Below are positions 54,407 to 63,341 of a stretch of DNA of 64,000 nucleotides, in pieces. Source of the DNA: an uncultured Actinomycetota bacterium (GTDB lineage: Bacteria; Actinomycetota; Thermoleophilia; Solirubrobacterales; Solirubrobacteraceae). The notes under the pieces were generated by a model. It saw nothing but the letters and a program-made list of their open reading frames with translations, searched no databases and had not been told where the DNA came from. Location of the stretch: assembly GCA_963787595.1 (NCBI GenBank), contig CAWBDE010000003.1, positions 949,622 to 1,013,621 on the forward strand, read 5' to 3'. The translations under genes and the position numbers were made by a program. The first letter of the stretch is position 1, and each line of letters opens with the position of its first letter.

Positions 54407-55799
54407 CGGCAAGCTGTACGCACAGATCCCCGACCGGGGGCCGGGCGGCTTCGACGGCCAGCTGCTGGCGTTCGCCGAGGAGCTGCGCGAAGAGCGGATG
54501 GCCGTCGGGACGTCAGAGCTGCTCGACGCGTTCGCCGCGCTGACCGAGATCAGCTGGACCGTCCCGGCCGACTTCAAGGAGGCGCTGGCCGCGACCCTGG
54601 CCAAGTCGCCGGAGGACCGGCGGACGTTCGAGCTGGTGTTCGAGCGCTTCTTCTTTCGCGCCGCGGAGGCCGAGGCGGCACGCCAGGAGATCAGCGAAGG
54701 ATCGGCAGCCGACGCCCAGGGCCTCGACATCGACCTCGACGGGTTGCGTCGGCAGATCGCCCAGGCGCTTCAGGCGGCCGACGAGGCCACGCTGCGCGAC
54801 CTCGCCCGGCTGGCGATCGCCGCGTTCGGCCGCGGCGAGGGCTCGGGCGTGCTCGGCGTCGACGTGCAGCGCATCCGCCGCGCCCTCGGGCTGCGCACCG
54901 AACCCCAGCCCGAGCTGGCCGACGACGATCCCCGCCGTCACGGGGTACCCCGGGTGCAGCTGCGCCGGTTCGAGCAACATCTGCGACGAGAGCTCGAGCG
55001 CAGCCTGATCGAGCGCACCTCGAGCCTGCCGCCGAAGCGGCCGCTGAGCGATCTGGACCGGGCGCTGCCGACCGGGCCGATCCAGGATCTGGCGGCCGTG
55101 CACCGGGTGGTGGCGCAGCTCAAGCGCCGGCTGGCGACGCAGGGACACGAGCTCAAGGGCCGCCGGCGCCACGCCCACGTCGATGTCCGCCGGACGATGC
55201 GCGCCTCGCTGCAGACGGGCGGCGTTCCCATCGAACTGCGCTATCGGCCGCGCCGGCCACGCCGGCCGGAGATCTTCGTGCTCTGCGACGTCTCCACCAG
55301 CGTCACCAGCGCCAGCACGTTCTTCCTGTCGGTCCTGCACGCGTTGCACGACTCGTTCCGCAAGCTGCGCTCGTTCGTGTTCATCGAGCGGATCTCCGAG
55401 GTCACCGAGGTGTTCGAGCGCGAGCGCGAGTTCCGCTCCGCCTCAGAGGCGGTCTCCCGCGACGCCGGGGTCGCCGACATCTCCGGCTATACCGACTACG
55501 GCCGGGTGTGGACCGAGTTCCTCGAGCTGATCGAGGACGAGCTGCACCCGCGGGCGACGGTGATCGTGCTCGGCGACGCCCGCACGAACGGGCGTCCTCC
55601 CCGAGACGACGTGTTCGCGGCGATCACCGCCCGGGCCGGCCGCGCGTTCTGGCTGAATCCCGAGCCGCGGCTGTACTGGAACTACGGCGATTCGGTGATC
55701 GCCGCCTATGCCGACCACTGCACCGTGTTCGAGTGCTGGCGCACCGACCAGCTGGAGGAGTTCGTCAAGGCGCTCACCCAGGCGGTGGAGCCGGCCTGA
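54387..55799 (+). CDS. VWA domain protein, CoxE-like
   Basis: The C-terminal VWA has the MIDAS-like motif VLCDVSTS and VIVLGDARTNG, in a CoxE-type arrangement. It overlaps the MoxR gene end by 20 nt. Confidence 0.85.
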   Translation: MPAPPPSGKLYAQIPDRGPGGFDGQLLAFAEELREERMAVGTSELLDAFAALTEISWTVPADFKEALAATLAKSPEDRRTFELVFERFFFRAAEAEAARQEISEGSAADAQGLDIDLDGLRRQIAQALQAADEATLRDLARLAIAAFGRGEGSGVLGVDVQRIRRALGLRTEPQPELADDDPRRHGVPRVQLRRFEQHLRRELERSLIERTSSLPPKRPLSDLDRALPTGPIQDLAAVHRVVAQLKRRLATQGHELKGRRRHAHVDVRRTMRASLQTGGVPIELRYRPRRPRRPEIFVLCDVSTSVTSASTFFLSVLHALHDSFRKLRSFVFIERISEVTEVFEREREFRSASEAVSRDAGVADISGYTDYGRVWTEFLELIEDELHPRATVIVLGDARTNGRPPRDDVFAAITARAGRAFWLNPEPRLYWNYGDSVIAAYADHCTVFECWRTDQLEEFVKALTQAVEPA

Positions 55800-55882
55800 G
55801 CGTCCCGACGACCGGAGCGTCCCGACGACCGGTCCCCCGGCGAGCAGCGGAACTCGCGCGGGTTCCAGGTGTTTTACCTGCC

Positions 55883-57793
55883 GTGGCCGCCCTCTGTCCG
55901 GACCGCCGGTTCCGGCCCGCGATCCTCGCCGTCGCGGCGGTCGCCGCGGTCTGCGCGTTCGTCGCGCCGTCCCCGTCCGCGGCGCGGGCGGCGCAGCCCC
56001 CGTCGCCGGCGATCAGCGTCGAGGGCTCCCGGCTGCTGCGCAACGGGGCTCCCTGGACGCCGCGAGGCGTGCAGATCGTCGGGCTGGTGGCACCGGACAA
56101 TGCCCTCCGGGGCAAGTACGTCGCCGCCCACGCCCAATTCGGCCCGGGCGAGCTTGGAGCGGCGGTGGCCGACCACGCCGACCTCGTCCGCTTCCAGGTC
56201 AGCGAGTTCGGATTGGACCCGCAGGGTCCGCTGTATTCGCCGGCCTACGTGCAGGAGGTGGTCGGTGCGGTGCAGGAGGCGCGATCGCTGGGGCTGGCCG
56301 TGATCGTCTCGCTGCAGGCGCAGCCGCCGGCCGGTGAGCCCGAGCGATGCGGGCTGCCCGACGCCGGCGCCGAACGGGCCTGGAACAACATCGCGCCGAT
56401 GTTCGCCGGGGACAGGGGGGTGATGTTCGAGCTCTACAACGAGCCCGGGGTGGCGGCCACCCCGGCCGGCTGGATCCAGTGGCGCAGCGGCGGCTTGGTG
56501 ATCTATCCGGGCGGGTCGTGCCTGGCGATCGGCATGCAGGCGCTGATCTCCGACATCCGCACGCGGGCGCCCGACAACGTGCTGATCGTGCCCGGACTCG
56601 CCGCCGAGCAGTCGCTGGCCGGGCGCTATCCGCTCACCGATCCGGCTCACCGCCGCGATCCCCAGCTCGCCTACGGTGTTCACTATCCGACGCTGTCGCG
56701 CGGAAGCACGGCCTGGGATCAGATGTTCGGCAACGCCAGCGCCTCGGTGCCGGTGATCGTCACCGAGTTCAACGGCAACTCGACCACCAACTGCGTCCCT
56801 AACACCCCGGCCGTCGCCCAGCTGCTGATGAACTACCTGGTGAGCAAGCAGATCGGGATCGTCGGCTTCGCCTTCGACCTTCCCGGGACCATCGTCCAGG
56901 ACTCGTCCTACACCCCCTCCACCTTCGTCGGATTCGCCTGCGGCGTGCCCGGTGGCGGGACAGGTCAGCTGCTGTTCGGCGACTTTGCCGCCGAGGCGCA
57001 GGCGGGTGACGGAACCCAGCCCGACCCAGCGCCGGCCTGGATCGTCAGCGGCGGGGTGCTCAACCGGCTGGCAACGCTGGACCGCAGCACCGCGCTGCAT
57101 TTCTTCAACACGCCGCGGACGTTCGTGACCGGGACGACCCCGGCCTCGCTCGCCGCACTTGGGATGGGCACCGCGGTGGCGGCCGCGAGCTTCACCAACG
57201 AGACGAACCTGGCCGCCGCGCTCACCGACAACGCGGTCGCTCCCGGGACCGGCGCCGTCGTCTACGCCCCGCGCGATACAAGGGCAACTCCGCTCGTCCA
57301 GCAACGGCACCTGGCCCAGTACTACCGGCAGGCCGCCGAGATCGCCCACCAGCACGGGATGCTGTTGATCGCCGCCCCCGCGCTCGGCCTCGCCGCCGCC
57401 CAGGCTCCGAGCACTCCCGAGGCCAACCAGCCCGCCGCCTTCCTGCGCCTCCGGATCGCGGCAACGGCCGCCCAGTACGCCGACGTGTTCGCGGCCCCGG
57501 CCGCCCCGACGGCCCAGCCCTATCCGGCGAGCTTCGCGTCATTCGCCCGCACGGCGGCCGCGCAGGCCGCGAGGGCGCACCCGAGCGTCGAGCTGCTCGC
57601 CGGGCTGACCGCGGCGGCCAAGCCGTCGCGGACAGCGGCTAACGCCCTGTTCGACGATTACCTGGGGACCCGGCTGCAGGTGTCGGGATATGCGCTGGAC
57701 GACCGCGGCCCGGCAAATCCGTGCGCCGGCTGCGCCCGGGCGGCCAGCGACACCGGCCTGACGTTCCTGCGCCGGCTTCAGCGCCTCGGCTGA
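55883..57793 (+). CDS. Secreted glycoside hydrolase family 5-like protein with unknown C-terminal domain
   Basis: Signal peptide containing RRFR, the acid/base motif MFELYNEP and the nucleophile motif VIVTEFNG. A ~280-aa Ala-rich C-terminal region follows. The start is uncertain. Confidence 0.7.
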   Translation: MAALCPDRRFRPAILAVAAVAAVCAFVAPSPSAARAAQPPSPAISVEGSRLLRNGAPWTPRGVQIVGLVAPDNALRGKYVAAHAQFGPGELGAAVADHADLVRFQVSEFGLDPQGPLYSPAYVQEVVGAVQEARSLGLAVIVSLQAQPPAGEPERCGLPDAGAERAWNNIAPMFAGDRGVMFELYNEPGVAATPAGWIQWRSGGLVIYPGGSCLAIGMQALISDIRTRAPDNVLIVPGLAAEQSLAGRYPLTDPAHRRDPQLAYGVHYPTLSRGSTAWDQMFGNASASVPVIVTEFNGNSTTNCVPNTPAVAQLLMNYLVSKQIGIVGFAFDLPGTIVQDSSYTPSTFVGFACGVPGGGTGQLLFGDFAAEAQAGDGTQPDPAPAWIVSGGVLNRLATLDRSTALHFFNTPRTFVTGTTPASLAALGMGTAVAAASFTNETNLAAALTDNAVAPGTGAVVYAPRDTRATPLVQQRHLAQYYRQAAEIAHQHGMLLIAAPALGLAAAQAPSTPEANQPAAFLRLRIAATAAQYADVFAAPAAPTAQPYPASFASFARTAAAQAARAHPSVELLAGLTAAAKPSRTAANALFDDYLGTRLQVSGYALDDRGPANPCAGCARAASDTGLTFLRRLQRLG

Positions 57794-57849
57794 CACGGCT
57801 CTGGCGCGCCGGCACCGGGCGTAGCGGTAGCATCTGCGCCCGGATCTGA

Positions 57850-57955
57850 AAACCAGGGGGGCTGGCGGGTATGCCGGCTGAGATAGCGCCCCAGCGCTCC
57901 GCGTCCCGGCGCTGACCCTTCGAACCTGTGGGGTAATGCCCGCGGAGGGAGCGAA
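57850..57955 (+). promoter_or_regulatory. TPP (THI-box) riboswitch
   Basis: The core elements are GGGGGGC...GGCUGAGAUAG...ACCCUUCGAACCUGUGGGGUAAUGCCCGCGGAGGGA, in canonical order and spacing. The 3' GGAGGGA doubles as the SD, 12 nt before ATG 57963. Confidence 0.9.
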
Positions 57956-57962
57956 CCGCACG

Positions 57963-58727
57963 ATGATCGAGGCTCTGCCTCAGGGGCCCGGCGAGCTGGA
58001 CACCGACGGGGGCGTCCGGGTCGAGCTCGTCAGCCGGAAGTTCGCGGCCAAGACCGGCGCCGTGCAGGCGCTGGCAGGGGTGTCGCTGGACGTCGCGCCC
58101 GGGGAGATCGTGACCGTGGTCGGGCCCAGCGGGTGCGGCAAGACGACCCTGCTGGAGCTGATCTGCGGGCTGCAGCAGCCCGACCGAGGAACCGTGACCA
58201 GCGCGCCGGCGGCGCTGATGCCCCAGCGCGATCTGTTGCTGCCGTGGCTGACGGCGATCGACAATGCGGCGCTGGCGCTGCGGGCGCGGGGGATGGCGCG
58301 CGAACGCGCCCGAGCCGCGGCGGCCCCGTGGCTGGAGCGGTTCGGCCTGTCGGGCTTCGAGCACCGGCGGCCCACAGAGCTGTCGGGCGGGATGCGCCAG
58401 CGAGTGGCGTTCCTGCGCTCGCTCCTGGCCGGCAAGCCGGTGCTGGCGCTCGACGAGCCGTTCGCCGCACTGGACGCGCTCACCCGGGCCGAGATGCAGG
58501 GGTGGCTGGCCCACGTGCTCGACACCGAGCCGCGCACCGTCGTGCTCGTCACCCACGACGTGGAGGAGGCGGTCGTGCTCGGCGACCGGGTGGTGGTCAT
58601 GTCGGCGCGCCCCGGCCGGGTGGTCGGCGAGATCGCCGTGGCGCTGCCCCGACCGCGGCGGCGCACCGACGGCGATGTCGTGGCGCTGCGCGAACGGGTG
58701 CTGGAGGCGCTGGGGTTGACGGCGTGA
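57963..58727 (+). CDS. thiZ: ABC transporter ATP-binding protein (NitT/TauT family; ThiZ-like)
   Basis: Walker A GPSGCGKTT, signature LSGGMRQRVAF and Walker B LALDEPF. The listed ATG at 57936 lies inside the riboswitch, so I moved the start to 57963. Confidence 0.85.
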   Translation: MIEALPQGPGELDTDGGVRVELVSRKFAAKTGAVQALAGVSLDVAPGEIVTVVGPSGCGKTTLLELICGLQQPDRGTVTSAPAALMPQRDLLLPWLTAIDNAALALRARGMARERARAAAAPWLERFGLSGFEHRRPTELSGGMRQRVAFLRSLLAGKPVLALDEPFAALDALTRAEMQGWLAHVLDTEPRTVVLVTHDVEEAVVLGDRVVVMSARPGRVVGEIAVALPRPRRRTDGDVVALRERVLEALGLTA

Positions 58728-59494
58728 GGCCGGTGTTCTCGCTGTGGCGCTCGCTGCTGCTGGTGCTATTGCTCCTGGGGGCGTGGGAGCTGTACGTCGA
58801 CCTCGGCGGCGCCGACCCGCTGATCCTTCCCGCGCCCCACGCCGTCGCCCAGTCGCTGTACGACGAACGTGGCCTGCTGTGGAGCAACTTCCTGGTCACC
58901 GCCCAGGAGATCCTCTTGGGCATACTCGTGGCCGCGGCCGCGGCTCTGGTGATGGCCACCACGATGCATTTCTTCATCACGGTGCGCACCGCATCGTGGC
59001 CCCTGCTGATCGCGTCGCAGACGGTCCCGATCCCGATGCTCGCCCCGGTGCTGGTGCTGTGGCTCGGGTTCGGGATCCTGCCCAAGCTGGTGGTGATCGC
59101 GCTGGTGTCCTTCTTTCCCATCGTCGTCACCACGCTGGCCGGCTTCGCCGCCGTCGACCCCGATCTGATCAAGCTCATGCGGACCTTCGACGCGCCCCGG
59201 GGCCGCGTCTTTCGCATGGTCGAGCTGCCGTCGGCGCTTCCCGGGGTGTTCACCGGGACCAAGGTGGCGGTCGTGGTCGCGGTGATCGGCGCCGTGTTCG
59301 CCGAGCAGGCGGGGGCCAGCTCCGGGCTCGGCTATCTGTTCGCCCAGTCGATTCCCCAGCTGCTCACCGCGCGGGCTTACGCGGCGGTCGTCGTCCTGTC
59401 GGCGTTCGCGATCGGTCTGTTCGCGCTGCTCACGGTGGCCGAGCGCGTGGCGGTACCGTGGGCCTACCGTCCGGCGGCAGGGCTCACCGCATGA
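58724..59494 (+). CDS. thiX: ABC transporter permease (ThiX-like)
   Basis: Six TM helices and an EAA-like loop (DPDLIKLMRTFDAPRGRVFRMVELPSALP). It has a GTGA overlap with the ATPase gene. Confidence 0.85.
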   Translation: MRPVFSLWRSLLLVLLLLGAWELYVDLGGADPLILPAPHAVAQSLYDERGLLWSNFLVTAQEILLGILVAAAAALVMATTMHFFITVRTASWPLLIASQTVPIPMLAPVLVLWLGFGILPKLVVIALVSFFPIVVTTLAGFAAVDPDLIKLMRTFDAPRGRVFRMVELPSALPGVFTGTKVAVVVAVIGAVFAEQAGASSGLGYLFAQSIPQLLTARAYAAVVVLSAFAIGLFALLTVAERVAVPWAYRPAAGLTA

Positions 59495-60540
59495 GGCTCC
59501 ACCTGATTTCCCTACGGACCCTCAAGCCACGGAAGCTGGCGCTGGCCGCCGCCGCGGCGGCGGCGGCCCTCGGGCTCGCCGCCTGCGGCGAGAAGCGGGA
59601 TACGCTGAGCGCTCCCGCCGCTCAGGCCCAGCCGCTCAACCTGATGCTCGACTGGTTTCCCAACGCCGATCACGTCGGACTGTACGAGGCGCTGGCCAAC
59701 GGGGATTTCCGTAACGCGGGCCTGGACGTGCACGTTCACATCCCGAGCGATCCGGCGACGCCGCTGCAACTGCTGGCTGCCGGCAAGGTCGACGTGGCCG
59801 TCTCGTATGAGCCCCAGCTGATGCTGGCGCGTGATCAGGGCGAGCCGCTGGTGGCGATCGGCGCGATCGTGCAGCGTCCGTTGACTTCGATCGTCTCCAT
59901 CGGCTCCGAGCACATCACCTCGCCGGCCCAGCTGAAAGGCAAGCGCGTCGGCGACGCCGGGATCCCCTACCAGCGCGCCTATCTGACCACGATCCTGAAA
60001 CGGGCCGGGGTGCGGTCGAGCTCGGTCAAGGAGGTCGATGTCGGCGCCAATCTCGTGCCCGCGATGCTCTCCGGACGCGTCGACGCGACTCTCGGGGCCT
60101 ACTGGAACTACGAGGCGATCGAGCTCCGGCAGGCAGGCAGACGTGCCAACGTGATTCACATGGAGCGCGTCGGGGTGCCGACCTACGACGAGCTGGTCCT
60201 CGTCGTGCGCGAGGATGAGCTCGCCACCATGACCAACGAGCTGCGCCGGTTCGTGCAGGCGCTCGGCCGTGGCTATGAGGCGGTGCGGGCCAACCCGGGG
60301 GCCGGAGTCGACGCGCTCGTCCGCGCCAACCCGTCGCTGAGCCACAAGCTCCAACTCGCCAGCGTCACGGCCACCCTGTCCTCGTTCTTCCCGTCGGATT
60401 CGCGGCTCCCCTGGGGCTGGCAAGACGGGTCGCAGTGGGCTGCGTACGGACGGTGGATGCTGCGCGAGCACCTGATTCACAACGCGGCCGCCGTCGCCAA
60501 CGCGTCCACCAATCAGCTGCTGGCCGGCCAGGGCCCCTGA
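59491..60540 (+). CDS. thiY: NMT1/THI5-like ABC substrate-binding lipoprotein (ThiY-like, pyrimidine precursor binding)
   Basis: Lipobox LGLAAC and LMLDWFPNADHVGLYEALANGDF, typical of the NMT1/THI5/ThiY family. It has an ATGA overlap with the permease gene. Confidence 0.85.
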   Translation: MRLHLISLRTLKPRKLALAAAAAAAALGLAACGEKRDTLSAPAAQAQPLNLMLDWFPNADHVGLYEALANGDFRNAGLDVHVHIPSDPATPLQLLAAGKVDVAVSYEPQLMLARDQGEPLVAIGAIVQRPLTSIVSIGSEHITSPAQLKGKRVGDAGIPYQRAYLTTILKRAGVRSSSVKEVDVGANLVPAMLSGRVDATLGAYWNYEAIELRQAGRRANVIHMERVGVPTYDELVLVVREDELATMTNELRRFVQALGRGYEAVRANPGAGVDALVRANPSLSHKLQLASVTATLSSFFPSDSRLPWGWQDGSQWAAYGRWMLREHLIHNAAAVANASTNQLLAGQGP

Positions 60541-60552
60541 CGGCGCCCGGCG

Positions 60553-61362
60553 ATGGTCCTGCGGCGCGATCGGGACGGGACGCTGGCGGTTGGACAGCCG
60601 TCGCACGCCTGGCTCTGCGGTCAGCTGGCGCGGGCCTGGGGCAACGAGCGCTTCGGCGCCGTCCGGCCGCTTCACGAGGTCGCCCTGGGCGCCGAGCAGC
60701 ACGACGTCGGCATGGCGCGCTGGGATCTGGATCCGGTTCGCAACCCGGTTACCGGGCTGCCGCAGTCGTTCATGGAGATGGGCGCGGAGGCCAATGCAAG
60801 GCTGTGGTGCACCGGGCCGATCCGCCTGGTCACCCAGAGCCGGTACAGCGCCCTGCTGGCGATCATGCACGGCCGCCGGCTCTACGAGCGCATCGACCTC
60901 AGGGCGGCGGCGCCGGCCGAGGCGGCGGCGATCACGGCGTTCTTGGAGCACGCCGGCGAGCTGGAGTCCTCGTTGCTGCATTCGCTTCGCCGCGACCCGG
61001 CCACTGCGCCGTTCGCCACCCTGGAGCTGGTGGATCGCAACAGCCGGCTGGTGTGGATCTGGGACACGATCTCGCTGGCGCTGCTCCTGGACTGGGCTCC
61101 GCTGCGTCTGGAGTCGGTCCCGGTCGCCGGCGACGAGAGCATCGACGTTGCGCTGACGCCGGCGTCGCCGCGGGCCGGCGAACCTCCCGCCGCGGCGACG
61201 GAGCTGTCGCTGCAGCCATGGCCGTTCCGAGCTCCGGTTGTGGGCCTGCACTGCGAGGGGCGCCGGCTCACCCACGGGTTCACCAGCGACGCGGCCCTCT
61301 CCGAGGGGCTGGCACAGGCGCCGTGGGAGACAGTCCAGTTCGCATTGGTGGCGCCTCGATGA
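60553..61362 (+). CDS. Hypothetical protein, DUF3891-like
   Basis: 269 aa, starting 12 nt after thiY. The N-terminal QPSHAWLCGQLARAW...LGAEQHDVGMARWD resembles DUF3891-type proteins as I recall them. This needs an HMM check. Confidence 0.45.
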   Translation: MVLRRDRDGTLAVGQPSHAWLCGQLARAWGNERFGAVRPLHEVALGAEQHDVGMARWDLDPVRNPVTGLPQSFMEMGAEANARLWCTGPIRLVTQSRYSALLAIMHGRRLYERIDLRAAAPAEAAAITAFLEHAGELESSLLHSLRRDPATAPFATLELVDRNSRLVWIWDTISLALLLDWAPLRLESVPVAGDESIDVALTPASPRAGEPPAAATELSLQPWPFRAPVVGLHCEGRRLTHGFTSDAALSEGLAQAPWETVQFALVAPR

Positions 61363-61410
61363 ACGGGACGGTGCGGCATCGAGCGGTCGCGGGGCCTACG
61401 ATTCGGAGCC

Positions 61411-61986
61411 GTGAGGCACCGATCAACCGGGCTCGCGACCCTCGCCGCCGTCCTCACGGCGGTCGCGCTGGCCGCCTGCGGCAGCTCGCAGACGACGTCG
61501 ACGTCATCCACCTCCCCGGCGAGCGCGGCCACGACAACTCAGACGGCGACCGGCCACGCCTGCGCCGGCTCGCAGCTGGCGGTGTCCTACGCCGGCACCG
61601 ACGGCGCCACCGGCCATCTCGAGCTGACGCTGGCGCTGCGCAACATCTCCAGCTCGCCCTGCGCGGTGCGCGGCTATCCGGTGACCCGATTGCTCGACGG
61701 CACGGGACACGTCTTGCCGATGCGCGTCAGCCGCGGCGGGGGCTTCTTCCCCGACACTCGGCCGGCACCCCGCCCGGTAACGCTGGCGCCGGGGGCCAGC
61801 GCTCATTTCGGGATCAGCTTCGTGACCAACAACGAGTACGCGCGGTCTCACGTGTGCCGGACGGCCCTGACGGTGATGTCGGCGCCGCCGGGAGCCGGCG
61901 CTCACTGGCAGCGGGTCTCACTGCTCCACCGGCCCCGGATCGAGCCCTGCGGGGACCAGGTGGTGGTGTCGCCGGTTCACGCCTGA
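61411..61986 (+). CDS. DUF4232-like lipoprotein
   Basis: Lipobox VALAAC and a Ser/Thr linker, followed by CAGSQLAVS...GHLELTLALRNISSSPCAVRGYPV...HFGISF...C, the typical DUF4232 pattern. Confidence 0.7.
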   Translation: MRHRSTGLATLAAVLTAVALAACGSSQTTSTSSTSPASAATTTQTATGHACAGSQLAVSYAGTDGATGHLELTLALRNISSSPCAVRGYPVTRLLDGTGHVLPMRVSRGGGFFPDTRPAPRPVTLAPGASAHFGISFVTNNEYARSHVCRTALTVMSAPPGAGAHWQRVSLLHRPRIEPCGDQVVVSPVHA

Positions 61987-61994
61987 GCGACCTC

Positions 61995-62912
61995 TTATGC
62001 GGCCAGGCGCAGCGCCGCGCGGTTACCGGCGCCGCGCAGCGCGTGCACCCCGGCGAGGCCGCCCCAGGGCGCATACGGGGCAAAGAAGCGTTCGACCTCG
62101 TCCTCGGTCGCCCGCGCCCGCGGATCGCCGCCCCGCAGACGCCCGACCAGCTTCAGATACGCCAGGTCGCCGGCGGGCAGCTGGTCAAGTCTCCCCTGGC
62201 CGGTCAGCGCCAGCGTCTGCAGGGTCCAACTGCCGAGGCCGCGGATGCGGCGCAGCCGCCGCCAACCGCGCTCGTGATCGGGGTCTGAGAGGTCGACCCG
62301 GCCGGCGGCAACCTCGCGAGCGGCCCGGATGAGCGCGCTCGCCCGGGTCTCGGACAGGTCCCACGAGGCCAGCCGCGCCGGAGCCTGGGCGGCCAGCACC
62401 GACGCCGGCGGGGCATCCGCGAGGTCGGTCACGGCGCAGCGGCGACCCAGGGCGGCGACGATCCGGCGTTGGATGGCCGCGGCCCGCTCGTATTCGATCA
62501 GCTGCTCACACACCGCCCAGGTCAGCGCCTCGAACGGGTCAGGCCGGGCCGCCACCCGCAGACCCGGGTCGGCCCGGACGGCGGCTCCGATCACCGGATC
62601 GAAGCGAAATCGCTCGTAGAACGGCCGGAGGTCGAGGTCGATGCCAAGGGTGGCGCGCATCCGCTCGATCCCCCACTCGGCCACGTCCCGGCTCCCGGCG
62701 CGCGCGCCGAACAGCACCCGCTCGGGGCTCAGCTGAGCGATCCGGAGCGCCACCGGCTCGTCTCCGCAGTGCAGCAGGCGGTGCAGGACTCCGCCGCGCA
62801 GGCGGGCGACCCGGTCGAGCCCGACGCGCCCGGGTAGGCGGAACACCCACCGCGGCCGGACCTCGACGCGGACCTCTAGGGCGTAGGCGCCCACGCCTGT
62901 GCGGCGCCTCAC
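61995..62912 (-). CDS. DNA-3-methyladenine glycosylase II (AlkA-like, HhH-GPD)
   Basis: PFEALTWAVCEQLI, HhH IRGLGSWTLQTLAL, and the catalytic Asp region LPAGDLAYLK. Confidence 0.8.
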   Translation of the reverse strand: MRRRTGVGAYALEVRVEVRPRWVFRLPGRVGLDRVARLRGGVLHRLLHCGDEPVALRIAQLSPERVLFGARAGSRDVAEWGIERMRATLGIDLDLRPFYERFRFDPVIGAAVRADPGLRVAARPDPFEALTWAVCEQLIEYERAAAIQRRIVAALGRRCAVTDLADAPPASVLAAQAPARLASWDLSETRASALIRAAREVAAGRVDLSDPDHERGWRRLRRIRGLGSWTLQTLALTGQGRLDQLPAGDLAYLKLVGRLRGGDPRARATEDEVERFFAPYAPWGGLAGVHALRGAGNRAALRLAA

Positions 62913-63265
62913 TCGCCTGGCTTCGCGATCAGGTGAACGTCGACGAGGAAGCTGCGCGTGGCCAGGATCGGCAGGGGCTCGGCGGCGCGGCGGCGCTGGC
63001 CGAGCATCCGCTTGCGGTCCAGCTTGCGAGCGCTATGGCGCCTGACCAGCGCCAGGGTCGCCGCCCCGGCGGCGAAGCCGGTGGCAGCGACCGCCGCGGC
63101 CTGAACCGCCGGCAGCAGCGTGGGCGCGGCCGCCTGAAGGGGACGTACCTCGGCGAGGACGGGAACCCCGTCGACGGCCGCCTCCTCGCGCACCTCGACG
63201 ATCTCGGCGTCGACGAGCGGAGTGCGACCGGAGTCCGGGGGTGGCTGGGAAGGCATCGGCGCCAT
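62909..63265 (-). CDS. Hypothetical protein with one TM-like segment
   Basis: 118 aa starting at MAPMPSQ. Its stop overlaps the AlkA-like gene's start by 4 nt. No motif recognised. Confidence 0.35.
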   Translation of the reverse strand: MAPMPSQPPPDSGRTPLVDAEIVEVREEAAVDGVPVLAEVRPLQAAAPTLLPAVQAAAVAATGFAAGAATLALVRRHSARKLDRKRMLGQRRRAAEPLPILATRSFLVDVHLIAKPGE

Positions 63266-63341
63266 ATGGTGCCATCCTCGGCGGCGATACACAAAGCCGC
63301 CGGTGACCGGGGTGGGCTCGGTTACGATTACGCTCCTGCGC

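Noticed and set aside
57936-57962. The listed ATG at 57936 as the start of the ABC ATPase gene.
   Set aside because: That ATG lies inside the conserved 3' half of the TPP riboswitch (GGUAAUGCCCGCGGAGGGA). ATG 57963 has the riboswitch GGAGGGA as its SD at proper spacing.
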